From the NCBI GenBank assembly GCA_003427395.1, contig BFEA01000001.1, positions 6,711,221 to 6,775,220 of the forward strand: a stretch of DNA of 64,000 nt. Reading direction: 5' to 3'. The notes below the pieces were generated by a model. The model made no database searches, had not been told where the DNA came from, and worked only from the letters and a program-made list of their open reading frames with translations. How positions within the stretch are numbered: position 1 is the first letter of the stretch; each line of letters opens with the position of its first letter. The position numbers were made by a program, and so were the translations under genes. This DNA is from Chara braunii (lineage: Eukaryota; Plantae; Charophyceae). Shown here one piece after another: positions 50,631 through 63,921 of this stretch.

Positions 50631-53600
50631 ACGCCGGACCCCGCATAATTTCACATAAGCTCGATATTTTTTCTCAGATTGCAGCCTATCTGAGAAATAC
50701 TAAAGAGGCGGAGTGCATAAAGAAGGTTGAGGAGGCAGAGAGTAGGTTGGGTGAGCATCCGATTTCAGACCAGGTATGGGCTGAGGAAAGACAGGAAAGA
50801 CTGAGAGAATGAGACGATTTACAAAAGGAGAAGCAAAAGAGGTGAGAACTAATTTTGCAAGCAAAAGAGATTGCAACCGGAGATAGAATGAATAAAAAAA
50901 ACTTGAAGAGGCTTCTTCCGTCATCAAGGAAACCACAGGTGCGGGAACTAAAACACCCCCTGTTGATTGACGCCCCGGTCGCAAGATCCAACTCAGACAT
51001 CTGTTCATATGCAGCAGCATACTATAACGACATTCTCACCTCTCGGCACCCTCATTAGGGATTTGACACTGACCTTTCTCTGGAATCGCCATTCTGGAGT
51101 CAAGTTCCTTGTCCTCTCTCACAGGTAGGCATCCTCGATCTGGATAAACCAGTTACTACTGAAGAACTGACACAAACAATGAAGGTTATGGCAAGAGGCA
51201 AAGCCCCGGGTGACGATGGACTACCAGTAGAGTTCTTTGAGTCTCACTGGTTGATTCTGGTGGAGGACCTTGTTGAATTGTTCAACAATATTCGGGATGG
51301 AGGCAAGCTGGGCAGAACAATGTCAAGAGGAATTATAACACTGTTATATAAAAAAGGGGACCGTGATGAAGTACGCAACTACAGACCGATATCTCTGTTG
51401 AATGTTAGCTATAAATTGTTAGCGAAGACATTAGTAGAGAGATTAAGTAGGTATCTCACAGGTCTGATAGGTGCAGAGCAGGGAACTTTTGTGAAAGGTC
51501 GTTCAATTTTTGAAAATGTCGTTGTTGCGATCGAAGCGTTGGAACTCAGAGACAAAAGGGATCAGGACACTACTGTGCTTATGTTAGATTTGGAAAAAGC
51601 TTATGACAGGGTTAATTGGTCCTTTGTGATGACCACCTTGAAAATCATGGGCTTTGGTCCTATTTTTTGTCGATGGGTGGTTGCTCTTTATGGAAGTTTC
51701 GTGGCGGTGGTTTGTGTAAACGGCTTTCTTTCGAACACCTTTCCCCTGACAAGATCTCTTCGTCAGGGTTGCCCCCTTGCCCCCCTCCTCTTTGTTGTAC
51801 AGTTGGAAGCTTTCCTCTGCAATCTGAGAGCCCACCCGGATATTCAAGGCTTGGTTCTCCCCAATGGCAAGGAATGCAGAATAAGAGCGCTTGCGGATGA
51901 TCTTTTTGCTGTTTTTGCTAATAAAAAAAGTTCATTGGAAGCCATGAAATCTGTTCTTTTGCTATACGCGGATCTCTCTGAAGCTGCAGTTAACTGGTCT
52001 AAATATGTATTCTTCTTACCTTCTCATTTTAGACCTGCTGTAGAATGGGGTATGAAGAGGATCTCTGTAGGGACAGCAGAACGATTCTTGGGAATCCACG
52101 TTACCCTTGGTGATTGCGCGGAGAAGCAGGATGAAATAATCCTTAAGAGAGTTTGCAACAAAATTCGTAGTTGGGGGAAGGCTCGCCACTTGTCCTTGAT
52201 AGGGCGTGCAGTAGTGCTCAGAACTTCGGCTTTTGCCTTATTGGGCTACGTGGGCTCAGTACGAAAGTTCTCTGGAGTCACCCTGAGGTTTGTCAAAGAT
52301 GTCTCACGACGATTTCTTTGGAAACCAGATGCACGGGAGGATCAAGGGTATGTGGGAGGTGGTGTGCAGACCACGAGAGGAAGGTGGTCTGGGACTGTGT
52401 GACCCAGAAATCCAGAATCATGCTCTATTGAGCAAATGGGTGGTAAGGGTGGCGGAAAAAAAGAATGATATTGATTGGATCTTGATAGCGGAAATGATCC
52501 TGGCAGAAGAATGGGAAGTGAGCAATCCATCAGATGTATGGTTACTCTTTTTCACGATTCGTTCCTCAATAAGCGTATTCAGTCGAACTTTTGGAACGGG
52601 GTGATCTCAGTCTGGAGGAAGATCAAACCCTCAAAGGTCAAACCGCCCACTTCCAAGGACGAGGTCAAAAGGCAACATCTTTTCGACAATCCTTTTATCA
52701 TAGGCAGTGATGGATGCCCCCTTTCAGCAGACAATCGAGTGGGTCACTTTGGCATGAAATGGATACAAAGAGGGATTTCCACCATTGCAGATCTCTGGGA
52801 CGAGTTGACAAACTCCTGGGTCTCGTCTGAACGAATAAAAGTGAAACTGGGACAACTGTCACACCAGGAATCCAGACTGAAGGAGGTGAGGAAAGCCATA
52901 ACTGAAGATTGGATATTGCTGCTTGGCCCACAGGGTATCAACCCAGTGGGAACTTGGTATAAGGAAAAATCAGGGAATACTTCTTAAGTGTTTCGCCTAC
53001 AAGAATGGGTTGGCGACGACTCTAGTAAGTGCTGGCTGGAATCGTATGATTACCTTCACACTGGTTTCCCTGAAGTGGAAATCTACGGAATCACATGGAA
53101 ATATGGTCTGAGCAGTTTGGAGGAAATACAGGTAAGGCGTCTTCCCCCACGCTCTCCAAGCCTCCCGGATGTTTTGATGGTGGTGGCAGAAGGCACACCA
53201 CTGAGGGAAATGAAAATCGACTCAGCAGTGTGGGGTTGGACTTGCAACGGGGAGATAGTCTGGGGCCTGGAGAAACTCTCTTCCAAGTTAGTACGATATA
53301 TTCTGGCAAAGCAGCCTCACGCCAACACAACGATTGCAGACAGATGGACTAGAACCTGCCCTGAATTGAATCCGCCCTCTGAAGAGGAGCTGACCTCCCT
53401 TTGGAAACAGCTAGTAAAGATGCCATCCCAAAAACTGGCTTCTTTGGCCTGGCTGCAATCCCATATGGCTGTTCCTACTGCTAAATGGCTTCATGACAGA
53501 CAAATGGAGGCCTCTACCCAATGTGACAGGTGCACCAGGGACACAGAAACAATGAAACATTTGTGGTGGGACTGTCCACTCTCAAACAAGTGGTGGAAAT

Positions 53601-53986
53601 GGTGGGAATGCCATTGGATGGCTTTCTCAGGGAAGAGGAACTTAACTGGGGAGAGATGGGTGTTGATGGGTGCTCTCCCCCCGGATGTTTCAGGTGGCAA
53701 GCGCTAGGAGTCTGTAGCACAAGTGGCCCGGTTAGCCATGATGTGGACAATCTGGCTGGACAGAAACGGCAAAAGATTCCAAGGCGAACCACTTCACGAT
53801 GTCCAGGCTGAGAGAATCTTCCGCCTTCTGAAAACTCAGATCAAAGCGGACTGGTTTAGGAAGGTGCTCCGAGGTGATCGACAATCTGGTCTCCAATGGT
53901 TCAATGAGACATGGGCACAAAGCAGAGGTTTGGCATCTGTATCCCCGCTAGGCTATCTGAAAGTTACAGGTTGGCTAGATAGGTAG
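50631..53986 (+). pseudogene. LINE A ORF2, reverse transcriptase plus C-terminal zinc finger (disrupted)
   Basis: KAPGDDG, NYRPISLLN, LDLEKAYDRV, LRQGCPLAP, LADD, CDRC..ETMKHLWWDC; stops and frameshifts. Confidence 0.95.
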
Positions 53987-54390
53987 GTAGGGATTTTAAG
54001 TTAGATAAGTAGATAGGATCCTCCTTTTGGTTTGTGTGGTTTTTCTGGCCTGGTGGAAATGTTTGTTAAGAACCAGGTGCACTCGGTTCCAGTCGGCGTC
54101 CATAGTAGGCTGCAGGGGAGGGTGGTGTAGGAGAGTGTCAGGGAATTATTAATGGATCAGGGTTCCTCTCGGCCGTTTTTTGGGTCGGGTGTTAGACCGT
54201 TTGTTAGGTCTGTGGATTAGAATAGAATAGGGTAGAGTCAGAATGGTTCAATAACATAGACTTAGATATGGTTTGAAGTTCGAGGTTCTTGGGAGATATG
54301 AAGAATTAGTTAATTCTCATAATGATGTTGGTAGTAGTTTTGAGCTTTTTGCTGCATTTGTGATAAAGACTGGATGAATGTCTCTTTTAT

Positions 54391-54586
54391 TAAGCTAAAC
54401 CGGCTGATGCTGTCGGGATAACTCAGGGTTGAATTGTGAGGTCCCCGACCTTTGTTCAATTGATGTTTGATAATAAATGTGATGAGAACTTAAAAAAAAA
54501 AAAAAAGAAAAAAAAAAGATCTTTGAGGCCGGGGACCTCACAATTCCACCCGGAGTTATCCCGGCAGCATCAACCAGTTTAGCTTA
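54391..54586. repeat. Inverted repeat formed by the tail-to-tail LINE A and LINE B 3' motifs
   Basis: taagctaaacc..gggataactc..gaattgtgaggtcccc (54391-54451) vs its reverse complement (54526-54586). Confidence 0.9.
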
Positions 54587-54915
54587 TGCGAACCCTCATT
54601 AGCTTTTCAACAACACACAAATCGATTTTTCCTTCTCTTTGAAACCAATCTCTTCTCTCTGAATGATGACGAACTCCCATGTCCCACTAAGCTAATCCTC
54701 TATCTAGCCTTACCTACTCTACCCTATACGCGAACCTATCATGGTCCGGTGCTCGGCCCAAAATGGCCGAAAGGAACTTCATTCCTGCGAAGTACCCGAC
54801 ACTCTCCTACCCACCCACACCTATGTGGTCCACCGCGGCCACCCACTGGAGCCGAGTGCCCTGGTTCTAAAGAAACTCCTACTCCTGGAACCCACCTTCT
54901 ACCTGATCTGAGTCC

Positions 54916-57900
54916 CTACTCCTCCAGCCAGTTCGAAAAATTTGCAGGCTACCCTGGGGGGAAATTTTTGCCAAGTGCTCCCGAATGGCCCATGTCTTAA
55001 GGAACCATTCTCTATTTCGCAGTCCATTCTTCCATCCCTCTTTCCTATGTCAGTCCGCCTTGAGCTGCGTTTTGATCTGGTTCCTGAACATTTTTTCGGC
55101 CTGCTTCTCCGCCAATGGTTCGTCCCTGAAGCGTCTTGCATTTCTGTCTGTCCAAATCACCCACAACATACAGCCCCGTGTCACTTGTGCAACGTACTCT
55201 CATCCCTGTCCACCATGGGCTGGTTCTGGTAACGATCCTTGGAGCACCCACCTCTTTCTCGTCAAGTCTGCCCTCCCAGAAAAGCTCACCTACCATCTCT
55301 CCCATGATTTCCACCATTTCTGAGAGGTGGGATATTCCCACCGAAGATGGGTGGTGGTTTCCAACTGACTTCCACATCTGTCACATCGTGACTGAACTTC
55401 CATTCTTCTCTCTCTTAGCCCAGCTGAGGACGGAACTGTCAATTGCAAATGTAACCATAGAAGTGATGCGATTTTTTGAGAGGGAAGCTCTTTTAGCTGT
55501 TTCCATAGGCCCTTCAATTGTTCTTTCGAGGGAGGGTCCAAATCTGGATTTTGCATGTGCCATCGGGCCTGAATCTTCTCTACAGTGCCTGGTTTCCTGG
55601 AGATGATCCCAAGAGCTATAGATGGAGTGAGATTTTTCAAATCTTTGATAACTTGCTCTTCATCTAGACTCCACTCCCAGACCGTCGGATCAATCCTCAG
55701 ATTGCTGATAGGGGTGCCGTCTGCTATTACTGTTAGCACATCCGACTGTCCTTCCTCTCTTGGAGGGCTCCTGCATACCCGTATCTCTGTTAGGCCAGTA
55801 AGGCAGTACCGCAGAGCTACACCTGTAATTCGGATCTCCGGCAAGCCTTGCAGTTCTCTTTCATATTCTCCAACCAACACTTGCCTCCTCCTCCAGGTAT
55901 CCACTCTTGTAGCCTGTAGAAAACTTCTTGAGTCCCTCCCACTTCCGGTAAGCTTCCCTCCACCTCCCGATACCAGGTGTCGGTTGGGTTAACTGACTCC
56001 GGGTTAAGGATTGCTTTCCACTCTGGCGGGATTGCACTAATCAGCTCCATTATTCTCTCTTCTTGTTGTTGCAGCTGTTGTAGTTGGTCTTTGATAGCTT
56101 TCGGTTGCTCCCATGTATTGGTGCTATCATCCCATAAGTCCCCCAGAGTGGAAATACCCCTCTAGATCCATCTTCTGCCGAAGGTGCCCGCTTGCCAGCC
56201 TGCCGAGATGGGGTGTCCCTCTTCATCTAAGATGCCCTGGTTTTCAAACAAAATTTCTCGCTTTACTTCCGCTTTTGAACTTATGGGAGATTGTTTGCTT
56301 GGTCGGATTCTCCGCCAGGCCGCCAATATGTCTCTCCAGAAGCCCGATTTTGTTCGTCCGTTAGTGAAGGAGCTGATGAACATTGCTGTCCATACATCTT
56401 CCTTCCTGTCAAATCCCCATTCGTCTGCCAAGATTTCCTCTGCCATTATGACCCAGTCCACATTTAGCCCTTGCTCTGCCACCTTTTGAATCCACTTGGT
56501 GAGCAGGGCGAGGTTCTATGCTTCTGGATCGGCCATAGCAAGGCCCCCTTCTTCACGAGATGAGCACACCACCTCCTAAGCAACTTTGGATATAAATCCT
56601 CTATCTCGATCTCCTTCCGGTTTTCAGAGCATCCGTCTGGCAGCCGCCTTGATTGGTCTCAGGCTAGATTTGGAGAAGCGTCTGAAGGACCGCACATACC
56701 ATAGTAACGCAAAGGCTGAGGCTTTGATTACAACCGCTCTTCCAATCAGCGACAGGTGGCGTGCTTTGCCCCAGTTGTTGATTCTTGTCCGAATATTCTG
56801 GTTAATTATCTGGTTTTGGGCAGTGGTACAGTCTTCGAGCGTCACATGTACGCCCAGGAACCGTTCCGCAGTCCCGGTGGGCACTCCCTACATTCCCCAC
56901 TCAACCTGACAGACATAGCCCTCTGGTAGAAAATACACGGACTTGGACCAGTTAACAGCAGCCTCAGACAGTTCTGCGTAAGTAGACAAACAACCTTTCA
57001 GTGCATCCAGTGAGGATTTTTCGTTTACTGAAATGAAAAACAGATCATCAGCCAGGGCTCGCACCTTAGACTCCTGTCCGTTTGAGAAGGATAGACCCTT
57101 AATCATTGGGTGTTTCCGGATGTTGCTCAGAAGTACTTCCAGCTGCAATAAAAAGAGCAGGGGGGCTAATGGGCACCCCTGTCTCCTGTCTGAGCGATCT
57201 CGTCACCTTGAAGTCTTCTGATAGCATTCCATTCACACTCACTGCCGCAATGGAGTAGCCGTACAGTGCTATGACCCACTTATTAAAAAGTTTCCCAAAC
57301 CCCATGATCCTCAGTGTCGTCATTACGAAGGGCCAGTTGACCCTATCGTATGCTTTCTCGAGATCAAGCATGAGGACCGCCACCTCCCGATTATCCCTAC
57401 TGATGATCTCCAATGCATGTACTGTGACCGCCACATTGTTGTAAATGAATCTTCCTTTAACGAAAGCTCCCTGCTCGTGACCAACAAGGCCTGGGAGATG
57501 TTTCCCCAGCCTCTCAGCCAGTGATTTGGCTAACAATTTATATGTAACGTCAAGAAGGGAGATTGGTCTATAACTTCTCACTTCGCTCCGATCCCCCTTT
57601 TTATACAGTAACATAATTATCCCTCTTGTCATCGACTGGCCTAACTTACCTCCCTCCCTGATTGCATTGAAAAGAATTACCAGATCTTCGACAAACATTG
57701 ACCAGTGAGCTTCGAAGAATTCAATCGGGAGACCGTCGTCTCCCGGAGCTTTCCCTCGTGCCATTGCCTTCATAGTCGTGGTTAGTTCTTCCGTAGTGAT
57801 CGACCGCTCCAAGTCTTGAACCCCTTGAGGATGAACTCGAATCTTCACTTCGTCCCTGGAAGATAAAACTTCAGACAAGTCTGTCTCGAAGTCTCGGTCA

Positions 57901-59190
57901 GGGTACCTTGTTGTCAGAATGTCCCTGTAGTAGTCGACTGCATACTTGCAAATGTTCTCGTTGGATATTGCCAGCGGTGCTGCAATACGGTGAGGGTGTT
58001 TCAATTCCCTCACTCTAACCATTCTTCTCGCTAGAAGGAGCCTCTGAAAGGTCTCCTTTCTGCGCCTGTCCCCTGATGCAATACCTTTCTACTGAAGAAT
58101 TTGCTCCCACCTTCTCTGTTTTTCTTTTTGGACCTCATTCCATTCCCCCAATCTTAGGTTCCTTCTCTGGCCCAAACCTCATCTAAGATGGGATAGTAGC
58201 CCATGTTCTTCTCTGCTTCCTCCACCTTCTTTCTGAATTTTTCTTCTTTCACGTTCCGCAGGTACGCCAGGATCATCGAGTAGGTGTCCATTTTTCGTGA
58301 AATTATCCGGATCCCGGTATCCAACCAATCTGCATGAGTGTCGAAGGAATTTTGGGTTGCTTTCCAATCTGCCCAAATTCCTGCACACATTGTTTAATCC
58401 CCTCCTCTGCCAGGTTGGTTGTATTCAACCGGAAGTACCCGACTCCTCTTCGTGCTTCGCTATCCACTCTCAGCACCATCATTACACAGTTGTGGTGAGA
58501 CATGGGTGCTGCCACAACCCTTGAGTCGATGACATCTCTGGCAATTTCCTCTGACAGTAGGATAAAATCCAGTCTGTGTTTGACTCCTGCCGCAGGTCCT
58601 GCATGCCCGTACCAGGTGAAACCTTGCTCGATTGGGTTTATTATCCGAAATGCGTTCACCAACTCCCACACCTCTTTCCATCTGATAAGCGTCGTTTGAT
58701 CTGCACGGAGTGAGAAATCCTGTTCCGCGTCCAGTGCTGGTTCATACACGGTGTTCCAGTCCCCTCCTATGACCAGACTGTCTGATTCGGGAAGAACGAG
58801 TGGAAGTGCCTCGAAGAATTCTCTCCTCTGCCTTTGCTCGTTTGGTGCATAGATAGTTGCAAACACCCAGGTCTTACTTTCGATTGTGACTTTGCCCCAG
58901 CACCACCTCCCCCAGAGATCGGAGTCGCAATCTATCAGATCTGCCTCAACCCGCTTGTGAAATAGAAGGGCCAGTCCTCCTTTGGATCCCCGTGCAGGGG
59001 ACCAAATTTGGGGCCCATCCCACCATTCTTTCATTTGGTCGAGTTTTGCTTCCGACAACTTTGTCTCCTGTACCATCATCACGTCCACCTTCTTTTCGTG
59101 AATCCAAGATTTCAATCTTTTACCCTTCTCCCTTCCGCTTGAGTCTCCTAGCCCGTTCACATTCCATGTTGCTACAACCAACTTATTCAT
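54916..59190 (-). pseudogene. LINE B ORF2 (APE endonuclease, RT, zinc finger), disrupted
   Basis: ATWNVNGL, MVQETK, GGDWN, RLDFILLS, SHH; KAPGDDG, YRPISLL, DLEKAYDRV, LADD; CDRC..HLRW. Confidence 0.95.
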
Positions 59191-61449
59191 TGATGGCCGA
59201 TGTCCCCCCACGTAATTGGATGCGGTTTGCCTTTTCTTCCTCTACGAGCTCCTCGCTTGTCGTATCCTGTTCTGGCCATGGCTCTGTTAAGGTCGAGAGA
59301 ACAGATCTGAAGATAGTCTTTCCCAATCAGGAAGTTTGTTGTTCAGGTCCGCAATTGCCGAAGCCACCACTCCTGGTTCTAAATTAATTTGGGACAAAAT
59401 CGCCAGAGATGGGTCAATGAATGCCCCAATTGGCACACTCGTTAACCCTACCCTGTTGATGTTGGGTCATTCGTTCTCCAAAAAACCAGCATCGATTAGA
59501 GGGATCGAATACGTAATCGTCTTAACACTGGGGAAATCTACTACCATTTTGGGCGTCAAACTGTAAGGACAGATCCTGAAGGAAAATCTATCTGTATAGA
59601 GCTCCCTAACTTTACGCAAAATCAGGTCGGGAGAAGCAAGGCCGTCTAACTGGCATGCTGGCAGCGACATCTTTCCCTCCTTGTTGACCAATCCAACAAT
59701 ATGTGTGTCCATACTCTGTTTAGTGCATACCAGTGGAAGTAACCACTTCTCTTCGTAAGCATCGAATCCTCCCGCCGCTGATGTGACTCCTCTTGATATC
59801 TCGTGTTGCTGTCCTCACTGTTGGAAGAGTGGGCCAGAGCCGTTCGAGTTTTCTGCCCGTTCGCTTGTGCCCACCTGGTGTATCTCCTTCTCTCTGATTG
59901 TTACTGCGTCTGTTCCTTATTTACCTCTCGCGCTCTCCCCTCCGCCGACCGGCCTCGGTGGTAGCCCTAAGCCACCTCCCCTTGCTCCTAGCCCCATACC
60001 GCTCGCGCCAAGTCCCTGGCCTCCACTGTAATGTCCCTGCGGCATCTGTCCAGCCGAATACGCCCAACTTGGATAAGCCATGCTGGCCCTTGGATCCTGT
60101 CCGCACATTTTATAATATGCATTCCATTGTTGAGTGTTCGTTTGGCTGTTGTAGGGAACAAAGCCCGACATCGGATATTGACCTAGCCCCATCTCTTGGA
60201 ATTGTTGAACCACTGGAGTGCCTCCGTTGCCTTCGACCGCCGGTCCTCCTGCCATGTTGGAGTGATGATGATCGTTCGGAGGCCTTGCTCTTCCTGCGCC
60301 GCCTTGGTTCGAAGATCCTTCGTTGGATGCCGCTGGTCCGGGCTCCGATCTCTGTCTTGCTGCCTCCTGAATGTTCCGGTGCCAGCTATTGTTCCTTCTG
60401 AAGTTGGCCCTTGGTCTCAATGCGCCGGCCCTTGCGTTCTCACCTTGATTCTGTCCCTCATCTTTGTCTGCCCGGGGGCACCCATCCTCCGCAGTGTGGA
60501 AATACCATTTGCATCGCTCGCACCAGGGAGTGTGTTTGCACGCCAATTTGATTTTGCATAACTCGCCGTCTTCGTGTTTGATGGCCACTTCTGGTTGGAA
60601 GTTTCCTTCTGCTTCTCGCACTAACTCGAACTTCAGATTCATCAGCTTTGGACGTGCCGGATCCACTTATGGAGGGAGAGCAGTAATGATCTTCCCCAGT
60701 GACTGTCCTGTTTCGATTATATCTTCAACGTGGAACATGGCTCTGAGTGGAACTCGCAGAGCCAGCACCCAAAATTTTGTTTCTTCATCAAGTCTCTTTC
60801 TCTCTTGAAGCTCCGCTCTCGTCATCAATGATTTGAAGAGCATTCTGTACTCGACCCCTCTGATGGTAGCTTTGTCCTCTCCCTTCGCTATCATCCATTG
60901 TGCAACCGCCGTGGACTTAGCAACGTACGATAATACATTGGGTCGTTCTGCATGGATCCTTCCTCTCTTCACCGAACGGTCAAAGATACGTTGATTGTAC
61001 CATCCGTTCTCGTAGGCTCGCAGTAGGTCTTCTCGAACTCGGATTGGGAGATCCCTCGCTTCACCCTATAATATCATTGTAACTGTTCGTTCTTTAAGCC
61101 ATGCAGTAACTAGCGCGTCTAGTCCTGCCTTGATTTTGTAGACTCGGATCCCATCTTCAAACACCCATTCCCCGTGGCTAAATTTCTCTGGTATAATCCC
61201 CTCCTCGTAGCACTTAGAGATTACGATCTTCATTCGATCTTCATCCAAGAGAGCAATATCCATTCATTGTTGTGGCGCTGTCCCTCTTCCATTGTTCCCC
61301 TCACCTCCTCCTTCGTTCTGTACTTCCATTTTCCTTCTCTTCTGTGTTTCGGAGCAGCTTCCTTTCTTCCTAACTTCATGCGTCAATGGCGGGCGCTTAG
61401 TCAGCGCATGCCCCGTCACAGTTTCTTCACGACCTGTTTACTTAGCATG
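59183..61449 (-). pseudogene. LINE B ORF1, disrupted by stops
   Basis: KCYEEGIIPEKF, WLKERTVT, FWVLALRVP, CERCKWYFHTAEDGC and C-terminal WLLPLVC..GLVNKEGKM; start position approximate. Confidence 0.85.
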
Positions 61450-62565
61450 ACTTCCACATGATTCTCGATGACAAAATTTCGTGTACCCTACTCGGGCTGC
61501 TATGGGTGGACATTAACTCTCGGTTCTTCCGAGGTTGATGTCGACCCTAACCATCAGTCCGTCTTGTCGGCGGAGCCGATAGCTCACAGGGCCGGCCAGC
61601 GTTTGCTAACACACACCGCCAACCGACAGCGCAGGTTCGGAGCGCACAGTGCCAACCCCCCGAGCCCGCCTGTTTTGTTTTCTTGTCAGAACCCTAAAGT
61701 CTCAAGTGCGCCCTAATCCCGATATCGTGATTAAAAAATACTTACAACAATCTTCGTTCCATGTGCACTTGAGAAAATACTAGAGACGCCATCACTAGAG
61801 ACGGCCGCGGGGGCTGACCGTCGCGGCCTGGCGGTTGAGGTTCTCGGCGGGTTATCCCTGATGGGCGCGTGGTTTAGAAAAATGTTCGGGTTTGTGGCGG
61901 CGGGACAATTGCGGGCCGGCGAGTCCGCACCATTATTTGAAAATTCGACTATCGGCGTCTCGTGTACCGGCGGTAGCGCCCGATGGAGGGGGTGGGTCCT
62001 GCACACAACGAGGCTCAAGTAGGCCGTGTACGTTGTCTCTTCCGCGAAGTGATGTCCATCACGGGGAAAGCAGCAGCATTGGCGTGCGGCGTGGCGGCGA
62101 GGTCCCCTGCACAGTCATGCACGGGAGTGGTGAGGCGGTGATGCGTAGGGAGTTGTCAAATAGGGAGAAGGGTTTGCTGGTGTGCATTGACGGTGGTGTG
62201 CAGGCATATGGAATCCACGACTGAGTTGCGGCGGTGTGCTTCAATACGTAGGCGGATGATGGAGGCGGCCATGAAACAGGCGATGGTGGAGCCGGCCACC
62301 TCCGGTGTTCTATGGGACGCACCTTTCTTGATGGCGCCATCATTGCCAGTGTTCTCCCGCGTGAGAGTCCGCGTTGGTGGATACGAAGGAGGACAGGAGG
62401 AACGTGGGGGGACCTTTGCATATCAGACGACGCAACATCGAAGTACTTCCATGAGAAGCTGAGGATGAGCAAGGACCTATTCTACAACATCGTTGCCGCC
62501 TGCAGTCCGTATCTTCAGCGGGAGGTGACTCATTACCGTGTGCCTCTCCAGCCGGGCCACGTCGT

Positions 62566-63025
62566 ATACACTCTCAATTCTTACATACACTACCGAGAAA
62601 TACGGCAGAAAGGCCACTCGAGTGGATAGAGTAAATCAGCAGGCTCGCTTGACGAAGCGTCTCTATCGATCCTCAGATGCCATACGCCAGACACACAGAA
62701 ACTACCAATTGTGATGATATGGTCCAATCCTCATAGTGACATGATGCGCAAGAGCGCGCATTGTTTTCGCCTAAGGTAATTTCGTTGCCTTACTTTCTAG
62801 GTGACTAGAAATAGGAAACTCCACTGTATGCGGGAAACTTCGAAAAAAACGAAAAGTTTTTCATAGTCAATTGAGAATGTTCTCAATCTTGAAAACGAAT
62901 CCAAAAATTTTGAATATCGTAGTCAAAGAAATTGGCGAACAATCACGAAAAAAAACAAAAACTGAATTGGAATTAATCGCTGGAGTAAAAGGATTCGAAC
63001 CTTTACATGTCGGTATAAAAAACCG
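62566..63025. other. About 460-bp insertion of probable mitochondrial origin (NUMT) in the transposase
   Basis: Interrupts HVV|AYPLYRW; AT-rich; ends in a mitochondrial-type trnQ fragment. Confidence 0.65.
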
Positions 63026-63027
63026 GC
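62980..63027 (-). pseudogene. trnQ: 3' two-thirds of a plant mitochondrial-type tRNA-Gln(UUG)
   Basis: Reverse complement ccggttttttataccgacatgtaaaggttcgaatccttttactccag resembles plant mt trnQ as I recall it (..ccggtttttggtaccggcatgcaaaggttcgaatccttttactccag); anticodon loop mutated, 5' part missing. Confidence 0.75.
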
Positions 63028-63919
63028 GTACCCACTTTACAGATGGGCTTCTGGGGAAACCTTCGATAGAGGGACGTCCTCATTCGGGATCGGCAGAGCC
63101 ACTGGCATCACCATTGTACAGGACGTGACCAACGCTATTTTGTTAGCATACCCTGACAAGATAGTCATGCCTACCGGACGAAGGCAGCGACAAGTTACAC
63201 GTGCACTCACGGCGAAGGGCTTTCCAAACTGCTTCGGGGCCATAGATTGCATGCATGTCTTTGTGGACAAGCCCGTGAAAGCACTGTCGGAGGACTACTA
63301 TTATCGGAAGCAACAATATTCGGTGGTCGCACAAGCGGTCGTTGATCTGGATCAGAGGGTGCTGGACGTCTTCTTTGGATATCCCGACAGTGTGCACGGC
63401 ACCAGGGTGTTGTGGAACTCGTCATTGTTCAAGCGGGCAGTAGCTGGAACTTTGTTAAACGCTGAGCCCATCGTTCTTCTAGGAGGCGTTAGCACGAAGG
63501 GCTAGCTTCTGGGTGACAACGGGTACGATCCAAATACATGGATGGTTGTCCCTTACGGAGGAGTGGAGCAGCAATCGGACGTTGCCATATTCGATGGGAA
63601 GCAGAAAGCAGCAAGGGGAGTGGTGGAGAGGGCATTCGGGCAGCTGAAGGGAATGTGGAGGCTATTCTTTCGCCACCACAAGACGAATATGGAAAACATG
63701 CCACAACAGTTTCACGCTGTGTGCATCCTCCATAACTTGCTTATTGAGGCGGGAATCACCTTCGACGAGAGGGTTCTTCTAGAACGGGACGCGGACGGTA
63801 ACGAGCGGATGGTGGACCTGAGAATGTATCCTCCGGTGGCACCTGTGCGACAAAGACGGGCGGACCCCGCAGCTCTTGCCCTTAGGGATGCGCTCCGCAT
63901 ACGTATGGCCATTCTACCC

Positions 63920-63921
<2 letters not shown>

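Larger units (their letters stand above)
40991..54517 (+). mobile_element. LINE A (L1/Tx1-like), full length, inserted antisense into the LINE B 3' UTR
   Basis: 5' UTR gactaggaag..ggggttggcg..gcgctccgaac, ORF1, ORF2, 3' motif, aataaa and poly-A 54492-54517; TSD aaagaaaaacgatcttt / aaagaaaaaaaaaagatcttt. Confidence 0.9.
40927..61687 (-). mobile_element. LINE B (L1/Tx1-like), full length; body 54518-61687, displaced poly-A tail 40927-40980
   Basis: 15-bp TSD agaaccctagagtct (40912-40926) / agaaccctaaagtct (61688-61702); 5' UTR homologous to LINE A; ORF1 and ORF2 present. Confidence 0.85.
62141..63920 (+). pseudogene. PIF/Harbinger DDE transposase (DDE_Tnp_4-like), disrupted
   Basis: LRMSKDLF, LYRWASGE, GFPNCFGAIDCMH, YSVVAQAVVD, GYPDSVHG, LLGDNGY, VVERAFGQLKGMWR, CILHN. 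Confidence 0.92.
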
